Shown here piece by piece: positions 57,670 to 62,702 of a DNA stretch of 62,702 nt. This DNA comes from Candidatus Sumerlaeia bacterium (lineage in GTDB: Bacteria; Sumerlaeota; Sumerlaeia; SLMS01; JANRJK01). The notes beneath the pieces are model-generated. The model made no database searches. It was not told the DNA's origin and saw only the letters and a list, made by a program, of their open reading frames with translations. The stretch covers positions 1 to 62,702 of the forward strand of contig JANRJK010000048.1 of assembly GCA_033764015.1 (NCBI GenBank). Reading direction: 5' to 3'. A program made the position numbers and the translations under genes. Position 1 is the stretch's first letter. Each line of letters begins with the position of its first letter.

Positions 57670-58565
57670 GCCGCCCCCCGCGCCCGCCGCCCCTCGCCCA
57701 CATAGAGCGCAACCGCGCACCAGATCAGCCCGAACGCCACCGCGCGCACGCCGGTGAAAGCCTCGCCGAACAACAGCACCGCGATCAGGAGCTGCCCGCT
57801 CGGCGAGATGTACTGCAGCACCCCCATCGTCGAAAGCGGTAGCAGCCGCGCACCGCGCACGTACCAGATCAGCGGCACCGACGTCACCACGCCCGCCAGC
57901 GCCAGCCACCCGCTGCGCCATAGCTCGACGTGTCCGAATGCGAGCACGCCGCGCGAATCGGCCCACCACGCGTAGCCCAGCGCCAGCGGCGCCAGCGCGG
58001 CGCACTCGAGAAACAGCCCCGCCACCGGATCGACCGGCGCGAGCTTCCGCAGCAGCCCGTACGCGCCGAAGGAGAACGCCAGCACCAGCGCGATCCACGG
58101 GAAGACCCCCCCCGCCACCACCAGCACTCCGACCGCGCACGCCGCCAGCGCGACCGCCCACCACTGCGCCCGCGTCAGCCGCTCGCCCAGCACCAGCCGG
58201 CCCAGCAGCACGCTCACCAGCGGATTGATGTAGTAGCCGAGGCTCGACTGGGAGAGCTGCTTCGACGAGACCGAGTAGATGAACACGCCCCAGTTGAGGC
58301 CGATCAGGCACGCGGACGCCGCGATCATCGCCAGCGCCCTCCGGCTGCGGAAGACCGCCCGCACCGCGTCGAAGGAGCGCCCCCACGCCAGCAGCGCCGC
58401 CAGGAACACCATCGACCAGAACGTCCGGTGCCCCAGGACCTCGACCGGGGGCACCGCCGCCACCACCTTGAAATAGAGCGGCGTCACAACGCCCCAGAAC
58501 GCATAGGCGCCGACGGCGTTGGCAAGGCCCCGGCGGCGGCGTTCGGCGTCGTCGCCGGGAATCAC
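57642..58565 (-). CDS. rarD: EamA/DMT transporter RarD
   Basis: 'AYAFWG..PLYFK', 'HR..WS', 'NWGVFI', 'SLGYYINPL', 'SFGAYGLLRK', 'QYISP'. Confidence 0.92.
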   Translation of the reverse strand: MIPGDDAERRRRGLANAVGAYAFWGVVTPLYFKVVAAVPPVEVLGHRTFWSMVFLAALLAWGRSFDAVRAVFRSRRALAMIAASACLIGLNWGVFIYSVSSKQLSQSSLGYYINPLVSVLLGRLVLGERLTRAQWWAVALAACAVGVLVVAGGVFPWIALVLAFSFGAYGLLRKLAPVDPVAGLFLECAALAPLALGYAWWADSRGVLAFGHVELWRSGWLALAGVVTSVPLIWYVRGARLLPLSTMGVLQYISPSGQLLIAVLLFGEAFTGVRAVAFGLIWCAVALYVGEGRRARGAAQKAGSASS

Positions 58566-58726
58566 CGTGTATTCGTTGGTTGCCAGCGGTGGGCCTTTCG
58601 GGTCGCGCGCGCGATTTGGCTCGCATCTGCGGCTTGCGGCGCCGAGGTTGACCCGCGAGGCGCGTCCGCGCAGCGCGCGACGCGCCGGATTTTCGACGGA
58701 CGGAGTTCCAGCGCAAGCCCACGCCG

Positions 58727-60142
58727 ATGCTGCTATCGAACGAGTCCACCTTCGACTACCCCCAGCTCGCCGGAGCCATCGGCACGCCGGTGCGCCCCAC
58801 GCTGATCCAGGGCTACACCCTGTCGCGCCAGCTCGGCCAGGGCTCCAGCGCGACGGTGTACCTCGCCAAGGACGCCTCCGGCGCGAAGGTCGCCATCAAG
58901 CTGCTCGCCGCCCACTACATCGAGAACCGCGAAGTCCTTCAGCGCTGGAGCCGCGAGGCGCAGACCCTCGTCTCCCTGAAGCACCCGAACATCGTCGCCG
59001 GCATCGCGAGCGGCGTGGCCGAAGGGCGCCCCTGGTTCGCCATGGAGTACGTGCAGGGCGAGACGCTTTCCGCGCGCCTGCGCCGCAAGGGGCCCCTCGG
59101 GGTCGAGGAGGTCTACGACGTGGCGCGGCAGTCCCTCTCCGCCCTCGCCGCCGCCCACGCCGGCGGCATCATCCACCGCGACGTGAAGCCCGCCAACATG
59201 ATCCGCGGCGAGGGCGGACTCGTGAAGCTCACCGACTTCGGCCTCGCGCGCCACATCGACGACCCCACGATCACCATGGCCGGGGCCGTCATCGGAACCC
59301 CCGCCTACGTCTCGCCCGAGCAGGCCCGCGGCGACGAGCTCATCGACCACCGCGCCGACCTCTACTCGCTCGGCATCACGCTCTTCCACCTCGCCACCGG
59401 CGACGTCCCGTTCTCGAGCTTCAACACCTCGCTGCTGCTCACCAAGAAGGTCACCGAGCGCGTCCCCGACGTGCGCAAGTACAAGCCCGACCTCGACGGC
59501 TCCTTCGCCTACTTCCTCGACGCCCTCTGCCAGCGCGATCCCGGGGAGCGGATCGAGACGGCGAAGGCCGCGCTCGCGCTCCTCGACCGCTGCCGCGCCG
59601 GCGACGTGCCCTCCGCGCCCTTCGCCACCGTCGCCGCGTCGCGCGCCCGCACCGCCCCTCCCGCGGCGATCCCCCTCGAACACCCCATGCTCCAGACCGT
59701 CGTCTCCGACAGCGACCTCAAGTCGGCGCCGATCTTCCTCGAGCCGGGCGAGATCCTCTTCTACGAGGACGACGACTCGAAGGACTGCTACATCCTGCTG
59801 AGCGGAAGCGCCGAAGTGCTGAAGGCCGGCCGGCAGGTCGCCATCGTGTCCGAGCCCGGCGCCTTCGTCGGCGAAATGTCCACGCTCCGCAACGCCCCCC
59901 GCAGCGCCACGATCCGCGCCCGCGAGGCCTCCGCATTCATCAAAATCGAGGAGGCCGAGTTCCGCCTCTTCCTCCGCCGCCACCCCGACACGCACTACCA
60001 GCTCGCGTGCGTGCTGGCCGAGCGCCTCGAGGAGACGAGCAAGCGCCTCTCCGAAGCGCAGGAGAAGCTGGCCCGCATCCAGCGCCATTTCCAGCAGCTA
60101 CGCGCCGACCTCAACGAGCCCATCATCAAGGAGCTTCCCTGA
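58727..60142 (+). CDS. Cytoplasmic Ser/Thr protein kinase with C-terminal cyclic-nucleotide-binding domain and coiled coil
   Basis: 'LGQGSSATVY', 'VAIK', 'HRDVKPAN', 'DFGLA', 'GTPAYVSPEQ', 'DLYSLG'; cNMP domain 'GEILFYE', 'YILLSG', 'GEMS...PRSATIRA'. Confidence 0.92.
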   Translation: MLLSNESTFDYPQLAGAIGTPVRPTLIQGYTLSRQLGQGSSATVYLAKDASGAKVAIKLLAAHYIENREVLQRWSREAQTLVSLKHPNIVAGIASGVAEGRPWFAMEYVQGETLSARLRRKGPLGVEEVYDVARQSLSALAAAHAGGIIHRDVKPANMIRGEGGLVKLTDFGLARHIDDPTITMAGAVIGTPAYVSPEQARGDELIDHRADLYSLGITLFHLATGDVPFSSFNTSLLLTKKVTERVPDVRKYKPDLDGSFAYFLDALCQRDPGERIETAKAALALLDRCRAGDVPSAPFATVAASRARTAPPAAIPLEHPMLQTVVSDSDLKSAPIFLEPGEILFYEDDDSKDCYILLSGSAEVLKAGRQVAIVSEPGAFVGEMSTLRNAPRSATIRAREASAFIKIEEAEFRLFLRRHPDTHYQLACVLAERLEETSKRLSEAQEKLARIQRHFQQLRADLNEPIIKELP

Positions 60143-60168
60143 GCGCCCCCGCGCCGCCGGAGGAACCC

Positions 60169-61428
60169 ATGTCCACGAAAGTGCTCCTGGTCGACGACAA
60201 CGCGATGTACCGCACCGCGTTCAAGCGCAACCTGCTCCTCGCCAACTACGACGTGGCCGAGGCGGAGGACGGCGACTCCGCGCTCCGCGCCTTCCAGGAC
60301 GCCGCGCCCGACGTGGTCGTGACGGACCTGTCGATGCGCACCCCGCGCGAGGGGCTCGACGTGATCCGCAGCCTCCGCCAGCTCGACCCCATCGTCCCCA
60401 TCGTCATGATCTCCGCGGTCGGCACCTTCGAGGAAGGCGCCGAAGCGAGCGCCCTCGGCGCCACCCGCGTCCTCTCGAAGGCCAACATCGAGGAGCACAT
60501 CGACGCGCTGCTCCGCGCCCTCGAAGGCTCCGTCGCCGCCGCGGGGCGCAGCCGCGCCCTCCGCGCCGAGGTCGATTCGCTCTCCGCCGACCCCGAGACA
60601 CCGCAGGAAGGCGCCGCCGCCCGCCTCCGAGAACTGCTCGCCGACCCCGCGCTGCACCCGGTGGTCCGCGGCGAGGCGTACGACGCGCTCCTGCGCGTGA
60701 CGGAGGGCGAACTCCGCAAGGGCACCGAGGCCGGCGCGGCGCAGATCAACGAGTCCTCCACGTTCCTCGAAGAACTCGAGGCGCTGATCCCGGGCCTGCG
60801 AACCTTTTCGCCCGATTCGCTGAAGGAGCTGCAAACCGCGGAGCTGTTCTTCCACCAGCAGGGCGACCGCCGCCCCGCCGCCGGCGCCGACTTCTCGCGC
60901 AACATCGGTTTCAGCTACTGCTTCGCCGTCGAGAACGAGACAAAGCACCGCCTCCGCAAGCGCCTCCAGCGCTTCCTACAGTCGAAGGATAACATCCGCC
61001 TGATCCACTCGCTGCTGGACCCGAAGAAGCGCCAGCTCGACCTGCTCTTCCACCAGTACGTGCTGCGCCTGTTCCAACAGGTGCCCTTCGACTTCACCAT
61101 CGACAACGTGCGCCAGGTGTTCCTGCGCATCACGGAGCACGAGTCGCGCTACAAGCCGGACGGCCTGAAGGCGCTCGGGATCCTGCTGGTGTTCTTCGCG
61201 CGCGACTACTCGGTGCGCACGCTGCGCGAAGTGGTCCACGTGCAGAACCCGCTCGGCATCCGCACCTTCGACACGGAGATGCACCTGCTGCGCTTCGCAC
61301 ACTTGCTGGTCGCGCTACAACACTACCGCAACCCGTACATCCACCCGGAAATCTCGGAGATGGAGAAGGTCTCGAAGATCCGTGACACGGCGATCCAGTG
61401 CCTGAAGGAGATGCACCGGATCGCGTAG
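60169..61428 (+). CDS. Response regulator with putative HEPN-like output domain
   Basis: GGAGGA RBS; receiver 'VLLVDD', 'VVTDLSM', 'MISA', 'LSK'; C-terminal 'DFS.....YCFAVENE' and 'RNPYIH' (R-x4-H). Receiver call is firm, HEPN call is inferred. Confidence 0.8.
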   Translation: MSTKVLLVDDNAMYRTAFKRNLLLANYDVAEAEDGDSALRAFQDAAPDVVVTDLSMRTPREGLDVIRSLRQLDPIVPIVMISAVGTFEEGAEASALGATRVLSKANIEEHIDALLRALEGSVAAAGRSRALRAEVDSLSADPETPQEGAAARLRELLADPALHPVVRGEAYDALLRVTEGELRKGTEAGAAQINESSTFLEELEALIPGLRTFSPDSLKELQTAELFFHQQGDRRPAAGADFSRNIGFSYCFAVENETKHRLRKRLQRFLQSKDNIRLIHSLLDPKKRQLDLLFHQYVLRLFQQVPFDFTIDNVRQVFLRITEHESRYKPDGLKALGILLVFFARDYSVRTLREVVHVQNPLGIRTFDTEMHLLRFAHLLVALQHYRNPYIHPEISEMEKVSKIRDTAIQCLKEMHRIA

Positions 61429-61532
61429 GGGGGTGGAGAGTCCGACCCACTCCGGAAGCGGTGGAGGGCTCGGAGGCTGTGGCTGCACAACGAGGCTTGG
61501 CGGCAGACCGGCACTGACCGCTGCACCACACG

Positions 61533-62693
61533 TCAATCAAACCAATACCGCCGCGCGCCCACGTTGAGCGCGAGGCCCAGCGACAGCCCCGTCGTCAGCA
61601 TGAACGAGCCGCCGTAGGAGAGCAGCGGCAGCGGCAGGCCCGTGACGGGCACAAGGCCCATCGTCATCGCGATGTTGAAGAACGCGTGGGTGCAGAACAC
61701 CGCCGCGAGGCCCGCCACGAGCAGGCCGCCGAACCGGTCGCGCGCCGCATCGACCGCGCGCAGCAGCCGCGTCGCGATGCCGAGCATCAGCGCGATGATC
61801 GCCGCGCCGCCCGCGGCGCCGAACTGCTCGACCGCGGAGGCGAAGATGAAGTCGGTCTGGTGCTCCGGCAGGATGCCGAAGGTGCTCTGCGTGCCTTCCT
61901 TCCACCCCTTGCCGAGGAGGCCGCCGCTGCCGATGGCGATGCGCGACTGGATCACGTTGTAGCCCGCCCCGCGCGGGTCGCGCTCGGGGTCGAGGAAGAC
62001 CTTGATGCGCTCCTTCTGGTAGGGCTTGAGCACCGGGTACGCCGCCGCACCGAGCGCGAGGCACGCGACCGCGACCATGGCGAGCAGCCGCATCGGGACG
62101 CCCGCCCAGTAGCACACCGCCGCCGCCAGCACGCCGAAGACGAGCGTGGTGCCGAGGTCCGGCTGGAGCATCACCAGCGCCATCGGCGCGCCGACCAGCA
62201 GCGCGGGCTGCGACAGCTCCGCGAGCCGGCGCGGGGGCTCCGGGCGCGTCGCGAACCACTGCGCCAGCGCCGCCGCCGCGACCACCTTCATCGTCTCCGA
62301 CGGCTGGTAGTTGAAGAGGCCGAAATCGAACCACGCGCGCGAGCCCTTGATCGCCTCGCCCACCACCAGCACGCCCGCGAGCAGCGTGAGGTTCGCCGCG
62401 TAAAGGTGCGGGATGAAGCGCGCCAGCCGCCGGTAGTCGAACAGCGTGGCGGCGGCGGCGACCACCGCGCCGACCAGCAGCCAGAGCAGCTGCTTCTGCG
62501 CGCCCGCCAGCAGGCGCGGGCTGCCCTCCGCCCCGCCGCGCAGCGCCAGCCAGCCCAGCCCCGCCGCCGCCAGCGCCAGCAGCACCAGCGCCCAGTCCAC
62601 ATGCCGCGGCGACGGCGGCGAAAGGAGCGGATCCGCGTCGGTGGTGCGCGCGCGCGGCGGGAGGGCGCTCACGCCGCCCGCGAAGGCCGCCAC
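61533..62693 (-). CDS. rodA: Rod shape-determining protein RodA (SEDS family)
   Basis: 'QPSE.MK', 'QPDLGT', 'PYQKERI..FLDP..DP.GAGYNVIQS.IAIGSGG', 'PE.QTDFIF', 'PVTGLPLPLLSYGGS'. Start is uncertain (GTG 62672 or 62693). Confidence 0.95.
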   Translation of the reverse strand: MAAFAGGVSALPPRARTTDADPLLSPPSPRHVDWALVLLALAAAGLGWLALRGGAEGSPRLLAGAQKQLLWLLVGAVVAAAATLFDYRRLARFIPHLYAANLTLLAGVLVVGEAIKGSRAWFDFGLFNYQPSETMKVVAAAALAQWFATRPEPPRRLAELSQPALLVGAPMALVMLQPDLGTTLVFGVLAAAVCYWAGVPMRLLAMVAVACLALGAAAYPVLKPYQKERIKVFLDPERDPRGAGYNVIQSRIAIGSGGLLGKGWKEGTQSTFGILPEHQTDFIFASAVEQFGAAGGAAIIALMLGIATRLLRAVDAARDRFGGLLVAGLAAVFCTHAFFNIAMTMGLVPVTGLPLPLLSYGGSFMLTTGLSLGLALNVGARRYWFD

Positions 62694-62702
62694 GCCGTCC
62701 GC

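Noticed and set aside
58519..60168. Open frame upstream of the response regulator suggesting a frameshift fusion with the kinase; kinase ends CTT-CCC-TGA
   Set aside because: A +1 shift at CCC-TGA leads to the wrong frame, I see no -1 slippery heptamer, and the regulator has its own GGAGGA RBS and ATG at 60169.

Overview
GC-rich, gene-dense chromosomal window from a diderm bacterium (lolA, lptE-like, GT9 and O-antigen ligase genes). The phylum may be Candidatus Sumerlaeota/BRC1, inferred only from a W-x-x-Y-E C-terminal tail and Pro/Thr linkers. It holds about 48 plausible CDSs, tRNA-Leu(CAA), tRNA-Thr(CGT) and a cobalamin riboswitch. I found no integrase, transposase, prophage or CRISPR array. 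Housekeeping genes include lysS, mreB, rodA, fabG, nadC, lolA and a MalK-type ATPase. The most notable items are: (1) a Ser/Thr kinase with a cyclic-nucleotide-binding domain next to a response regulator whose output domain has a HEPN-like RNase signature (R-x4-H); (2) a B12-riboswitch-controlled pair of secreted proteins (beta-propeller-like and BtuH-like) with no transporter in the locus; (3) intact genes for apparently catalytically dead enzymes (a type IIG restriction-modification-like protein, the amidinotransferase half of an ArgZ/AgrE fusion, a GT2-like protein); (4) an alpha-amylase of the archaeal-type GH13_7 subfamily; (5) a secreted protein with tandem pilin-like modules. All family calls come from recognising motifs by eye; no searches were run. 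Where I moved a start codon away from the ORF track, I chose it from RBS, signal peptide or family N-terminus.
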